Assembly: GCA_965203515.1 (NCBI GenBank)
Contig: OZ241907.1
Coordinates: forward strand, 1-64,000
Reading direction: 5' to 3'
DNA: 64,000 bases
From: Spirochaetia bacterium
GTDB lineage: Bacteria; Spirochaetota; Spirochaetia; SZUA-6; Bin103
Positions 37,586-47,993 of the stretch are shown piece by piece (within the stretch, counting starts at the first letter, position 1; each line of letters begins with the position of its first letter). Below the pieces are notes generated by a model, which made no database searches, was not told the DNA's origin, and saw nothing but the letters and a program-made list of their open reading frames with translations. The position numbers were made by a program, and so were the translations under genes.

Positions 37586-40069
37586 ATGACGTGGAAGGGC
37601 CTGACACAGCGCGCCCAAAAGGTGGTTTCATTCCGGGCCCAAGAGGAAGCCAAGCGGTGTCACGCTGAGAAGTTGCTGCCGGAGCACATCATTCTGGCGT
37701 TGCTCAAGGACGGTGAAGGGGTCGCCGTCAAGGCCCTGCAGCGGGTCAAGGTCGGCATTGACGAGATGCGGCGCGATATCGAGCGCAACCTCACGACCGG
37801 CAAGGGCGGCCTCATCCTGGGCGATATCGAGGCATCGGAGCGCGCCAAGTCGGTTCTGAAGGGCGCCACCCACGAGGCCAAGAACATGGGTCACGTGTAC
37901 GTCGGCACCGAGCATCTGCTGCTGGCCGCGGCGCGCGACGAAGCGGGCGCGACGTACCGCTACCTGACGCAGCGCAACGTATCGCCCGAGCAGTTGCGCG
38001 AAGCGATCATCCGCATCAACGGCTTGGGCGAAGCGCGGCAGGCATCCGCGCCGAAACGGCGCGCGCAGTCCGCCGCCCGCAAGCCGACTCCGACTCTGGA
38101 CGAGTTCAGCCGCGATCTGACCACGCTGGCGCGCGAGGGCAAGCTGGACCCGGTGGTCGGCCGCGCCCGCGAGATCCAGCGGGTGATCCAGATACTGGCG
38201 CGGCGTACCAAGAACAACCCCGTGCTGATCGGCGAGCCCGGCGTCGGCAAGACCGCGATCGTCGAAGGGCTGGCGCAGAAGGTCGTCAACGGGACCGCGC
38301 CCGACGTCCTGCACGGCCGGCGCGTGCTGACGCTGGACCTGGCGTCGATCGTCGCCGGCACCAAGTACCGGGGCGAGTTCGAAGAGCGGCTGAAACGGGT
38401 GATGAAGGAGATCGTCACCGCCGGCAACGTCATCATCTTCATCGACGAGTTGCACACGATCATCGGCGCGGGCGGCGCCGAAGGGGCGATCGACGCATCC
38501 AACATGCTCAAACCCGCCCTGTCACGCGGCGAGCTGCAGTGCATCGGCGCAACCACGCTGGCCGAGTATCGCAAGTACATCGAGCGCGACGCCGCGCTGG
38601 AGCGCCGGTTCCAGTCGGTGTTCGTGGACGAGCCGTCGGTGGAGGAGACGGTGGAGATCCTCAAGGGGGTCAAGGACCGCTACGCGCAGTTCCACAGCGT
38701 GGTCTACACCTACGAAGCCCTGGAAGCGGCGGCGTCGCTCTCCGCCCGCTATATTTCCGACCGCCACCTGCCGGACAAGGCGATCGACCTGCTGGACGAA
38801 TCGGGGTCGCGCAGCCGCATCGACAACAGCGCCCGGCCGCAAGAGCTGGTCGTGCTCGACCAGGAGATCGAGCGCCTGATGATCGAGAAGACCAATCTGG
38901 TCAACAGCCAGAATTACGAGAAGGCGGCCGCGGTGCGCGACCAGGTCGACGTGCTGCGGCAGAAGCTCGATAAGCGGGAGCGCGAATGGGCGCGCGCCAC
39001 GCAGGGCGAGCAGCGGCTGGTGGAGTCCGAGGACATCCAGCGGGTGATCTCGGAGATCACCGGCGTACCGCTGGCGCGCATCGCCCAGTCGGAATCGCGC
39101 CGCCTCCTGGAGATCGAGAGCGAGCTGCACGAGCGCATGGTCGGCCAGGAAGAGGCGATCAGCGCGGTGGCCGCCGCGATCCGCCGGTCGCGCACCGGCC
39201 TGTCGTCTCCGAAGCGGCCCATGGGCTCCTTCGTATTTCTGGGTCCGACCGGGGTGGGCAAGACCGAGTTGGCCAAGACGCTGGCGGAGTTCATGTTCGG
39301 CGACGAGGAGTCGCTGATCATGGTCGACATGTCGGACTACATGGAGAAGCACAACGTATCGCGGCTGGTAGGCGCGCCGCCGGGCTACGTGGGGTATGAC
39401 GAAGGCGGCATGCTCACGGAGAAGGTGCGGCGCCGGCCGTACAGCGTGATCCTGCTGGACGAGATCGAAAAGGCGCACCCCGACGTGTTCAACATCCTCC
39501 TGCAGGTGCTGGAAGAGGGGCAGCTCCAGGATCACCTGGGCCATACGGTGTCGTTCCGCAACACCATCCTGATCATGACCTCGAATGCCGGCGCGCGCGA
39601 GATCATCCAGGACGGCTCGCTCGGCTTTCGCACCGAGCGGTCGACGATGCGCTTTGCCGACATCAAGTCCTCGGCGCTGGCCGAGATGAAGCGCCTGTTC
39701 CGCCCCGAGTTTCTGAACCGGGTCGATGAGGTGGTGGTCTTTCACGCCTTGGAGCGCGAGCATTTGGAGAAGATCCTGGACCGGCTCCTGGACGAGGTGG
39801 GCGAGCGGCTGGCCGAGCAGAACATCGACCTGCGGGTGAGCCGGCGCGCGCGCGGCTACCTGATCGACAACGGCTCCGACGAGAAGTACGGCGCGCGCCC
39901 GCTGCGGCGCCTGATCCAGAAGGAGGTGGAGGACCCCCTGTCGCTGGAAATCCTGCGAGGCCGGTTCTCGTCGGGGAGCGCCGTCACCGTCGACCTCAAG
40001 GAGGATCGACTGGTGTTCCGTAAACGGCGCGCCGCCACCAAGCCGGCCAGAGAACTGGTCACCACCTGA
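37586..40069 (+). CDS. clpC: ATP-dependent Clp protease ATP-binding subunit ClpC
   Basis: Two Clp-N repeats, [11 protein letters not shown] motif [31 protein letters not shown] loop. Confidence 0.95.
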   Translation: MTWKGLTQRAQKVVSFRAQEEAKRCHAEKLLPEHIILALLKDGEGVAVKALQRVKVGIDEMRRDIERNLTTGKGGLILGDIEASERAKSVLKGATHEAKNMGHVYVGTEHLLLAAARDEAGATYRYLTQRNVSPEQLREAIIRINGLGEARQASAPKRRAQSAARKPTPTLDEFSRDLTTLAREGKLDPVVGRAREIQRVIQILARRTKNNPVLIGEPGVGKTAIVEGLAQKVVNGTAPDVLHGRRVLTLDLASIVAGTKYRGEFEERLKRVMKEIVTAGNVIIFIDELHTIIGAGGAEGAIDASNMLKPALSRGELQCIGATTLAEYRKYIERDAALERRFQSVFVDEPSVEETVEILKGVKDRYAQFHSVVYTYEALEAAASLSARYISDRHLPDKAIDLLDESGSRSRIDNSARPQELVVLDQEIERLMIEKTNLVNSQNYEKAAAVRDQVDVLRQKLDKREREWARATQGEQRLVESEDIQRVISEITGVPLARIAQSESRRLLEIESELHERMVGQEEAISAVAAAIRRSRTGLSSPKRPMGSFVFLGPTGVGKTELAKTLAEFMFGDEESLIMVDMSDYMEKHNVSRLVGAPPGYVGYDEGGMLTEKVRRRPYSVILLDEIEKAHPDVFNILLQVLEEGQLQDHLGHTVSFRNTILIMTSNAGAREIIQDGSLGFRTERSTMRFADIKSSALAEMKRLFRPEFLNRVDEVVVFHALEREHLEKILDRLLDEVGERLAEQNIDLRVSRRARGYLIDNGSDEKYGARPLRRLIQKEVEDPLSLEILRGRFSSGSAVTVDLKEDRLVFRKRRAATKPARELVTT

Positions 40070-40071
40070 CT

Positions 40072-43035
40072 TTGCCGGGGTTCTTCGCGCGCGGCGTACT
40101 GCTGGCTGGCGCGCTTGGGGTTGCGCTGCTCCTGACGCCGGCCGCGCCGGCGACCGCTCAGGACGCCAACGACCTGTACCAGCGGGGGACCGACGCCTTT
40201 GCCGACGGCCTGTGGGCCAACGCGGCGCAGTCGTTCACGACGCTGGTCGAGCGCCACCCGGACTTCGAGCATCGCGCCGACGCCACCTTTCTGCTCGCCC
40301 TTGCCCGGTACCATCTACAGGAGTACGTACCGTCGCTGCAGGTGCTGCGGGCGTTCGCCGGGCGCTATCCCGATTCCGAGCACGTGGCGGTCCTGGATCA
40401 TTGGCAGGCGGCCAACCTGCTGGCGCAGGGCCGGGCGGCCGAGGCGGTGGAGTTGGCCGCACGGCAGCTCGGGCGCGCCGGCGCGCCGGCGGAGTACCGC
40501 TGGCGTACGCTGCTGCTGCACGCCGCCGCCCTGGAAGGGGCGGGCCGCCCGGCAGACGCGGAGAGCGCCTATCTGGCCATGGCCGACGAGCTGCCGGCGA
40601 CGGAGCAGGCCGAAGCGCTGTTCCGGGCCGGCCAGATCGCCTACCAGGCGGGGCGCTACGCGGATGCGGCCGAGACGTTCGGTCGTATCGTGTTCGATCA
40701 TGCCGGCAGCGCGCGTGCTCCGCAGGCGCTGTTCGCGCAGGCGGATGCGTCGCTGATGGCCGGTCGGCACGGCGCCGCCGCGGAGCGGTTCAAACGGTAT
40801 CTGGAACTGTTCCCGGACGGCGAGCTGGCGGATACGGCTTGGAGCCGTCTGCCCTTTCTGTACCTGGCCGACGAGCAGTTCGCACTGGCGGCGGAGTACG
40901 CCGATCAGGCGCTCGCGCACCCCGGCGTCGGCCTCACGGCGGAGCTGCTCCAGGTCAAGGGCGAAGCGGCGCTGCAACTGGGCGAGATGGATCGCGCCGT
41001 CGACGCGCTGCTGACGGCGCTGGACGCCGGCTTGGCGCCCGGCGACCGGCAACGCGCCATGTACCATCTGGCAGTCGCCTATCTGCAAGGCGATCGGCTT
41101 TCGGACGGTCTGGACCGGCTGCAGCAGGCCGGCGAGGGACCGGACGCGGACTTGGCGGCGAGCGCCATCCTGAACCGGGCCTATCTGCTGATCGAGGAGG
41201 GTGAGCTGGCCGCCGGGGCCGAGGCGCTGCAGCGGTTCGCCGACCGCTACCCCAACCACCCGCGCGTGACCGAGGCGTTGCAGGTCCTGGCGCGGACGCG
41301 GGAGGCCCTGGGAGAGACGGAGGCGGCCCTCGACGCGTGGGAACTGCTGTCGCTGGCGGTGGAGGCGGAAGGCGTCACCGGCGTTCCGGTATCGGCGGGC
41401 CCCGCGTCGATGGGGACCCTGCTACGCGCCGCCGATGCCGCGGTCGCCGTCGATCAGGACGACCGCGCCCTGGCGCTGCTGGCGCGTCTGCGGCGGCTTG
41501 GGGCGCCGCCGGAGTCGCTGGAAGGGGTCTACCGTATGGGACGCATCTACGGTACGCGCGGCGAGCATGGGCGCGCCGCCGAGTTCTACCAGGAGGTCGT
41601 GAACAGCGCGCCGCGCGGAGAGCTGTACTGGCGCGCTCGCTTGGCGCTGGGGGCCGAGTTGTTCAACGCCGGCGAGTATCAGGATGCACGGGACGCGCTG
41701 CGCGACGGCGACGATGGCGGGGTGTGGGAGCCCTATCGCTACTTGGCATTGGGCCGCGTCCACTACCGCCTCCGCGAGTCCGACGAGGCGGCCGCAGCGC
41801 TGGCGGTGGCGGCCGGCGCGCCCGACGCCGCGGTGGCGTCCGAGGCGTCCTATCTGTATGCCGCCGCCCTCTATCAGGGCGGGCGCTACGAGCCCTCCCG
41901 CGATGCGTATCTGGCGTTCTCGGCCGATTACCCCGACGCCGTGCAGGTGCCGTCCGCGCTCTACCGCGCCGCCCTCAGCGCGCTGCGGCTCGATCAGCCG
42001 GAACGCGCGTGGTCGCTCTTCGCCGCCGGCCTGCAGACCATCGAAGCGCAGGAGGCCGGAGCAACGCCGGAGCCGCCGGGCGCCGGCGTCGATCTGGCCC
42101 AGGAGATACTGTACATGCTGGTCGACGGGGCGCTCCGTGCGGGTCAGCCGGAAGAAGCGGCGGCGGCCCTGGCAAAGCTGCGCCGGCGTGCGCCGAGCGG
42201 GCTCATGGCCGCGGAGGCGGGGCTGCGGTACGGCCAGTACCTGGTCGCGCAGGCGCAGACCGAGACCGGCCTGCAGGTCCTGCAAGAGGTCGCCGACTAC
42301 GGCGGCGACGGGCCCGGCCGGCGGGCGCTGTCGGCGGCCGCCCAGGCGGCGGAGGCGCTCGGCCGGTACGACCAGGCGGTCGACCTGCACTGGCGCACGC
42401 TACTGGCAGCTCACGACACCGGCCTGCGCGAGCCGGCGCTTGCCGGTTTGCGCCACGGCTTCGCGGCGATCGGCGCGGCGGGCGCCCAGCGTTACTACCT
42501 CAAGGCGGTTGCCGCCGCCGACACGGAGCTGCCCCGGGACGTGCGCGCGCGCGTGATGTACGACTACGCCATGCTGATCCACCCACAGCAGCCGCCCGCA
42601 GCCGCTTCCATCCTCCGGGAGGCGCTGCCCGATCTGAGCGCCGGTCCCGACCGCGACGACGGTTACTTCCTGCTGGCTGACAGCTACCGACAGGCCGGGG
42701 AGCCGCAACGGGCGATCGATGCGTACCGGATGGTGTCGGAAGTCGCGGTAGCCGGCGGCGGCCGGCAGGCCGAGGCGCATTTGCGCCTGGCGCAGCTCAT
42801 GGTGGAGACCGCAGGCGACTCGGCGGCGGCCGACGAGCTGGCGAACGTGGCGCTCCGGTTTCCCGACGACGGTGTCGTCGCGTCCGAAGCCCTCTACTTC
42901 GCGAGCGCGCTGTTTCGGAAGGGCGGCGCCGCGCGGTCGGCCAACCGGCTTGGCGACCGGCTGCTGGAGCGTTATCCGGAAAGCACGTGGGCCGAGCGCC
43001 TGCGCAACGAGCGGTCGGCGGCGTCAGAGGGTTGA
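40072..43035 (+). CDS. Large exported tetratricopeptide-repeat protein (YbgF/BamD-like repeats)
   Basis: Signal peptide; many TPR units ending YPDS/FPDG/YPNHP/YPES. Confidence 0.85.
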   Translation: MPGFFARGVLLAGALGVALLLTPAAPATAQDANDLYQRGTDAFADGLWANAAQSFTTLVERHPDFEHRADATFLLALARYHLQEYVPSLQVLRAFAGRYPDSEHVAVLDHWQAANLLAQGRAAEAVELAARQLGRAGAPAEYRWRTLLLHAAALEGAGRPADAESAYLAMADELPATEQAEALFRAGQIAYQAGRYADAAETFGRIVFDHAGSARAPQALFAQADASLMAGRHGAAAERFKRYLELFPDGELADTAWSRLPFLYLADEQFALAAEYADQALAHPGVGLTAELLQVKGEAALQLGEMDRAVDALLTALDAGLAPGDRQRAMYHLAVAYLQGDRLSDGLDRLQQAGEGPDADLAASAILNRAYLLIEEGELAAGAEALQRFADRYPNHPRVTEALQVLARTREALGETEAALDAWELLSLAVEAEGVTGVPVSAGPASMGTLLRAADAAVAVDQDDRALALLARLRRLGAPPESLEGVYRMGRIYGTRGEHGRAAEFYQEVVNSAPRGELYWRARLALGAELFNAGEYQDARDALRDGDDGGVWEPYRYLALGRVHYRLRESDEAAAALAVAAGAPDAAVASEASYLYAAALYQGGRYEPSRDAYLAFSADYPDAVQVPSALYRAALSALRLDQPERAWSLFAAGLQTIEAQEAGATPEPPGAGVDLAQEILYMLVDGALRAGQPEEAAAALAKLRRRAPSGLMAAEAGLRYGQYLVAQAQTETGLQVLQEVADYGGDGPGRRALSAAAQAAEALGRYDQAVDLHWRTLLAAHDTGLREPALAGLRHGFAAIGAAGAQRYYLKAVAAADTELPRDVRARVMYDYAMLIHPQQPPAAASILREALPDLSAGPDRDDGYFLLADSYRQAGEPQRAIDAYRMVSEVAVAGGGRQAEAHLRLAQLMVETAGDSAAADELANVALRFPDDGVVASEALYFASALFRKGGAARSANRLGDRLLERYPESTWAERLRNERSAASEG

Positions 43036-44325
43036 CGGCCGCCGTTCCAGCATCACCGCCCGGCAGCCGCGGCGGCGCCGGTCGGCGAGCTTTGCGAACC
43101 CGGTCAGGCCGCGCAGCGCCCGTTCCACGGGCGTGCTGCCGGCGGTCAGGAGCAGCCGGCCGGCCGGCTCCAGCAACCCGTCGACCGCCTCCGCGATCCA
43201 CCGCCACCACGGTCCGTCGGTGTCGGCGGGCGCGGCGACGATGCCGCTGAAGCGCCGGCCGATCGTCCGGGCATCCGCGACCGACGGGGCGTGCACGCCG
43301 TCTGCGGTGATCCCGATCCGGCGCAGGTTGTGCCGCGTGATCGCCACCTGCAGCAGGTCACGGCTGCCGGCGGTGATCGCCGGCGCCTGCCCGGCGGTGG
43401 CCGCCGGACGCGCCAACCGATCCGCGTCGAGTCCCAACCGACACGCGGCGAGTCCCTGTCCCGGATTCCAGACCAGCACGCGGGGGCCGAGCTCGTCCGC
43501 GCGCACCAGGGGCTCGGCGGCGCGCAGCGCGTGGGGGACGGTGTCGAAGTCCGGCAGCCCCCACGCCGTCTGCAGCCGCACGCGCTGCCCGTCGTAGCGC
43601 AGCTCCGCGTCGCCGCGCAGATAGGCGCCGAGTCGGCCGTCGACCGGACCGTCGGTCTCGGCCGGACCGTCGGTCTCGGCCGGGCCGGCCTCGGCCACCA
43701 GCACCGTGTATCCTCGCAGCTCGCGCCGGTGCAGGATGCGCGCGCGGCCGCGCAGCGCATCCTGCACCAGACCCTGGCGCGCTCGAATGACCACCAGGGC
43801 CAGATGGCCGCGCGGAGCCGCGGCCGCCGCCGACCGCACCAGCATGCCGAGCACGGGTTCACCCACCTTGGCCGGCAGGTTGGCGGCGACGAGATCGAAC
43901 GGCGCGCCGCCGTCACCGGCCGGTAGCCTACCGGCCGGCGCCCTGCCGACCGGCACGCCCAGACACCCGATCGCGGTCGCTTCCGTCGCGCCGTTCTCCT
44001 GAGCGTTGACGGCGCTCACGGCGGCCGCCAGCGCGTCACGGTCGCTCATGACGACCCGCGCCTGCGGCCACAGCGCGGCCAGCGCCACGCCGATGACCCC
44101 GGCTCCGCAGCCCAGATCGAGCGCGCGGCGCACCGGCAGGTCCGCCAGGCGGCCGGCTATGGTGTCGAGCAGCGCGCGGGTACCCGCATCGACGCCGTCG
44201 CCGCTGAACAGCGACTGAGACAGCCACAGCCGCATGGTGCGGCCGGCCCAGGGGAATTCGACGCGCTTGTGCAGCAGGCCGCGCGCGCGCAGCGCCGCTC
44301 CGGTACGGTGAGTCGGTTCGATCAG
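43024..44325 (-). CDS. Class I SAM methyltransferase (RsmC/MTS-like) with duplicated fold; start uncertain (CTG overlapping efp stop)
   Basis: LFS..GVDAGTRAL, LDLGCGAGVIG, DRDALA, ANLP; second half degenerate (WNPGQG). Confidence 0.8.
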   Translation of the reverse strand: MIEPTHRTGAALRARGLLHKRVEFPWAGRTMRLWLSQSLFSGDGVDAGTRALLDTIAGRLADLPVRRALDLGCGAGVIGVALAALWPQARVVMSDRDALAAAVSAVNAQENGATEATAIGCLGVPVGRAPAGRLPAGDGGAPFDLVAANLPAKVGEPVLGMLVRSAAAAAPRGHLALVVIRARQGLVQDALRGRARILHRRELRGYTVLVAEAGPAETDGPAETDGPVDGRLGAYLRGDAELRYDGQRVRLQTAWGLPDFDTVPHALRAAEPLVRADELGPRVLVWNPGQGLAACRLGLDADRLARPAATAGQAPAITAGSRDLLQVAITRHNLRRIGITADGVHAPSVADARTIGRRFSGIVAAPADTDGPWWRWIAEAVDGLLEPAGRLLLTAGSTPVERALRGLTGFAKLADRRRRGCRAVMLERRPSTL

Positions 44326-44876
44326 GCCCGTTCGACGTACGCGCCGGTGGTCGTGTTGACCACGACGTGATCGCCGGACTTGATGAACAGCGGCACCTGC
44401 ACGGTGAGTCCGGTCTCCGTGGTGACCGACTTGGTGGCGCCGGTGGCGGTATCGCCGCGCTCGGCGTGCGGCGCGTCGGTCACCCGCAGCTTCATCTTCA
44501 GAGGGATCTGCACCGCCAGCGGATCGTCGCCCCACATCAGCACCTGATAGGACTCGCCCTCCTTCATGAAGCGCGTGCCCCCGTCGACGCTGGCCATGGG
44601 GACGTTGAACTGGTCGTAGGAAGCGACGTCCATGAAGACCAGGTGGTCGGCATCGGCGTAGAGGTATTGCGCGTCGCGCGCCTCCACGTCGGCTTCCTCC
44701 ACCGTCTCATGCGACTTGATCACTTCGCGAATCACCTGCCCGGTGCGCGCATGCTTGAGTTTGAGCCGGACGAACGCCGATCCCTTGCCGGGATTGACGA
44801 ACTCGCGATCGGTGACCAAGTAAGGGTCTCTCCGGAACAGCACGTACATGCCCTTGTCGATTGCGCCCGCTTTCAT
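44322..44876 (-). CDS. efp: Elongation factor P
   Basis: NPGKGSAFVR, QYLY, RGDTA, ETGLTVQVPLFI. Confidence 0.97.
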   Translation of the reverse strand: MKAGAIDKGMYVLFRRDPYLVTDREFVNPGKGSAFVRLKLKHARTGQVIREVIKSHETVEEADVEARDAQYLYADADHLVFMDVASYDQFNVPMASVDGGTRFMKEGESYQVLMWGDDPLAVQIPLKMKLRVTDAPHAERGDTATGATKSVTTETGLTVQVPLFIKSGDHVVVNTTTGAYVERA

Positions 44877-44877
44877 G

Positions 44878-45924
44878 TCACCCTTGAACCGTCCGGTCGA
44901 ACCCTACCACAGCCGGCGGCGCTGCCATAGCAGGGGTGCGCTCCAGCCGGGCGTGATGGAGCGGAAAGGCGATCACTTGGCTGATGTCGTCCCTCCGGTC
45001 GAGCGCCATCATCAATCGCTCGACGCCGAGCGCCACACCCGCGCAGGCCGCCGGTCCGCCGCGAATCTCGTCGGCCATCGCCCGGTCGGGCGGGTGCCGG
45101 ACGGTGGCGGTGCGTTCCTTGCGCGCCGCTTCCCGATCGATCACCCGCGCCAGTCGGCCGGCGTCGGTCTCTTCCTGGAAGCAGTTGGCGATCTCCAGCC
45201 CGCGGGCGTACAGCTCCCAGCGCCGGCAGTACGGGGTGCCGGCGATCGGCTGCGCGAGGGTCGGCACGTGGCGCGGATACTCGTAGACGACGGTACCCTG
45301 GTCGAACGGCAGCGCCGGCTCCACCAGGGCCAGCCAGATGCGGTTGAAGATCTGCTCCCAGGTGTCGTCGCCCGCCGTGCGCACGCCGGCCGCGCCGGCC
45401 GCGCGGCGAAAGCGGCCGGGGTCGTCGACGTGGTCGAGGTCGATGCCGGCGGCCCGCAGGACCGCGTCGCGGGCCGTGATGCGGTCGAACGGGACCGGCA
45501 ACGGCGCTTCGGCCGGCAGCGCCGATGCCAGCCGCTGCAGCCGCTCCACTTCCGCGAGGTACTCGCCGCCGGGGAAGTACCACTCCAGCAAGGTGAACTC
45601 CGGGCTGTGCGTGCGGTCCAGCTCGGCGCCGTTGCGGAACGCGGGCGCGAGCTGGAAGATCGGCCCGGACCCCAAGGCGACGAGCCGGCGCATGTGGCGC
45701 TCCGGAGACGGACTCAGAAAGAGCGGCGCGCCGGCCTCCTGGTCCGGCTCCGCGCCGGGCCGGTGCAGCTGCGTGGCGAACACCTCGATCGCCGGCTCCG
45801 GCAGCAGCGAGGGCGAGACCAGCGGCGTGGTCACCTCCTGAAAGCCGTCGGCAGTGAAGAAGGAGCGGATGGCCGCCAGGGTTCGGCCGTGGCGGCGGGC
45901 GCGCGCGAGCGGCGATCCGGTCAT
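44878..45924 (-). CDS. epmA: EF-P lysine aminoacylase EpmA/GenX
   Basis: EVTTP, LSPSPERHMRRL, FRNGAE..HSPEFTLLEWY, RWELY..GLEIAN, GVALGVERL; next to efp. Confidence 0.92.
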   Translation of the reverse strand: MTGSPLARARRHGRTLAAIRSFFTADGFQEVTTPLVSPSLLPEPAIEVFATQLHRPGAEPDQEAGAPLFLSPSPERHMRRLVALGSGPIFQLAPAFRNGAELDRTHSPEFTLLEWYFPGGEYLAEVERLQRLASALPAEAPLPVPFDRITARDAVLRAAGIDLDHVDDPGRFRRAAGAAGVRTAGDDTWEQIFNRIWLALVEPALPFDQGTVVYEYPRHVPTLAQPIAGTPYCRRWELYARGLEIANCFQEETDAGRLARVIDREAARKERTATVRHPPDRAMADEIRGGPAACAGVALGVERLMMALDRRDDISQVIAFPLHHARLERTPAMAAPPAVVGFDRTVQG

Positions 45925-45972
45925 CGCGGCGATCCGGTCGTCCCGGTTCGCGTCCCCGCACGGCCCGGCGCT

Positions 45973-46001
45973 TGGACACCGTCGGCTCCGCTCTCTATAC
46001 T
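45973..46001 (+). promoter_or_regulatory. Putative rnz promoter TGGACA-N17-TATACT
   Basis: Sequence match. Confidence 0.55.
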
Positions 46002-46049
46002 CGCAGGCCGGCCGCTTCGGGCGGCCTCGCTCCTTACCGCCGTCTCCAC

Positions 46050-46976
46050 ATGAACCTCGATATCTTCGTCCTGGGCACCGGTGGCATGATGCCGCTCCCC
46101 GGCCGCGGCCTCACGTCCGTACTCCTGCGCCGCGAAGGCGACCTGCTGCTGTTCGACTGCGGCGAAGGCACGCAGATCGCCTTCCGGCGGCTCAACCTGA
46201 GATGGAAGAAGATCACCGGCATATTCATCTCCCATACGCACGCCGACCACGTGACCGGACTGCCGGGGATGCTGTCGCTCTCCTCGCAGGTCGACCGCAC
46301 CGAGCCGCTCTACATCTACGGACCGCCGCGCATCCGTCAGTTCATCGAACAGACCCTGCGCGTGCTGGACATCTACATCAACTATGAGATCATCGTGCAG
46401 GAGTTCTACGACGACGTCACGGTGATGGAGGGCGACGGATACCGCGTCGACTCCCTGCGCGTCCGGCATACCAAACCCTGTCTGGGCTACCGGCTGGTGG
46501 AGGAACCGCGCCCCGGTCAGTTCCACCCGGATCGGGCGATCGCCGCCGGCGTGCCGCGCGGGCCGCTCTGGTCGACGTTGCAACGGGGTGAGCCGGTGCG
46601 GTTGGACGACGGCGTCGTGGTGGAGCCGGAAGCGGTCATGGGACCGCCGCGCCCGGGCCGAGCCTTCAGCTTCGTCACCGATACCGCCGCGTTCCCGGGC
46701 CTGGTCCCGTTCGTCGCCGGGTCCGATCTGTTGATCTGCGAAGGCATGTTCTGCGCCGATCTGGCCGCCGACGCCTCGGCCAAGAAGCACCTCACCGCTC
46801 AACAGGCGGGGCGGATCGCCCGCGCGGCCGGCGTGGGCCGGCTGGGACTGATTCATTACAGTCCGCGCTATACCGAGCGCGATCTCCGGCAGCTTGTCAG
46901 CGAGGCGCGCTCGGAGTTCGGCGAGTCGTTCCTGACGCGCGATCTGCAGGACCTGAGCCTGCCGTACCGGGAGTGA
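46050..46976 (+). CDS. rnz: Ribonuclease Z
   Basis: LGTGG..P, FDCGEGTQ, SHTHADH, exosite GVPRGP, KKHLT, IHYSPRY. Confidence 0.96.
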   Translation: MNLDIFVLGTGGMMPLPGRGLTSVLLRREGDLLLFDCGEGTQIAFRRLNLRWKKITGIFISHTHADHVTGLPGMLSLSSQVDRTEPLYIYGPPRIRQFIEQTLRVLDIYINYEIIVQEFYDDVTVMEGDGYRVDSLRVRHTKPCLGYRLVEEPRPGQFHPDRAIAAGVPRGPLWSTLQRGEPVRLDDGVVVEPEAVMGPPRPGRAFSFVTDTAAFPGLVPFVAGSDLLICEGMFCADLAADASAKKHLTAQQAGRIARAAGVGRLGLIHYSPRYTERDLRQLVSEARSEFGESFLTRDLQDLSLPYRE

Positions 46977-47337
46977 ACCGGGCGCGGACCTCGCGCCGCA
47001 ACTTCGCGATTTCGACGTGCGCCGCGCGCAGCTCGCGTTCGGTCTCGTCGCGTTCGGTCTCGACCGGGACGGGGCGTCCGGCCGCCGCGGCGGCCCACGG
47101 GTCCGGCAGGGCCGGGGGGGTGGCCAGTGGATCCGCCGCCTCCGTATCGAGCGCCAAGTCCGTTTCCGCCGGGCCTGCGATCGTCGCCCGGCGGCCGGTG
47201 GCGTCGATCGAGTCCGGATCGGGGTGGGAGCCGGCGAGCGACCAGCGTTTCACCCAGACGCCGTACCGTTCGTGCCGGGCGTCGGATGCAGCGCCGGGTT
47301 CGGCGGCGTCGGTATCGACTGGCGTTTCCGCAGACAG
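46897..47337 (-). CDS. Small hypothetical protein with YGVWVK motif and C-terminal coiled coil; CTG start inferred
   Basis: GGAG SD 7 nt before CTG 47337; TTGACA..CATACT promoter-like element at 47387-47417. Confidence 0.45.
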   Translation of the reverse strand: MSAETPVDTDAAEPGAASDARHERYGVWVKRWSLAGSHPDPDSIDATGRRATIAGPAETDLALDTEAADPLATPPALPDPWAAAAAGRPVPVETERDETERELRAAHVEIAKLRREVRARFTPGTAGSGPADRASGTTRRTPSAPR

Positions 47338-47498
47338 ATGAGTACTCCGTGCGGGCCGGTGCCCCGGTGGCCCGCTGATGGAGTCCAGTATGAGCCGGCG
47401 GTGAGCCGTGCTGTCAACGAAGAGCGGCGGCCCGCTCGCCTGAGCGTCGGTCCGTCTCAACGCGGACCGGGGGCGTGCCGACCATCAAGAGGGTAGAC

Positions 47499-47993
47499 AT
47501 GCTTCGCGGTCTGTCGTGTGCGGTCACCGCTTACTTCATGTATACCGTTCTGAATCTGGTGACCGTCACCATCGCGATGGATCGGATGCAGGAACACCGC
47601 GAGGCGCTGCAGCGAAACGTGGAGACGCTCAAGGAGATCAACCAACGTCTGCGGGCGGAGTTCGACGCGCTGTCGACGAGCCCCGACCTGATCCGGAGGT
47701 ACGCGCGGGAGATCGGCCTGTACGCGCCGGGCGAACGGGTGCTCCGGCTGCGGGGCACGGGCGGACGACCGCCGTTCTACGAAGTCGGCATCGTTCAGCC
47801 GCGGCTCGACCCGCCGCGGACGCCGCGCTTCGCGTTTCTGCTTGTCGGCATCGCTACGGGAGGGCTGCTCTATGTACGCCTCAGGTTCCGCGAACGCTCG
47901 CGCCGCGACCGTGCTGCGCAGGAGTCACCGGAGGCTCGCGCCGATCTGCTGCAGAACGCTGCGGCGTGGCGGGTTGGCGATCCTGCCCGGTGA
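47499..47993 (+). CDS. Septum formation initiator (FtsB/DivIC-like)
   Basis: TM, leucine-zipper LQRNVETLKEINQRLRAEFDAL, AREIGL..PGE. Confidence 0.75.
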   Translation: MLRGLSCAVTAYFMYTVLNLVTVTIAMDRMQEHREALQRNVETLKEINQRLRAEFDALSTSPDLIRRYAREIGLYAPGERVLRLRGTGGRPPFYEVGIVQPRLDPPRTPRFAFLLVGIATGGLLYVRLRFRERSRRDRAAQESPEARADLLQNAAAWRVGDPAR

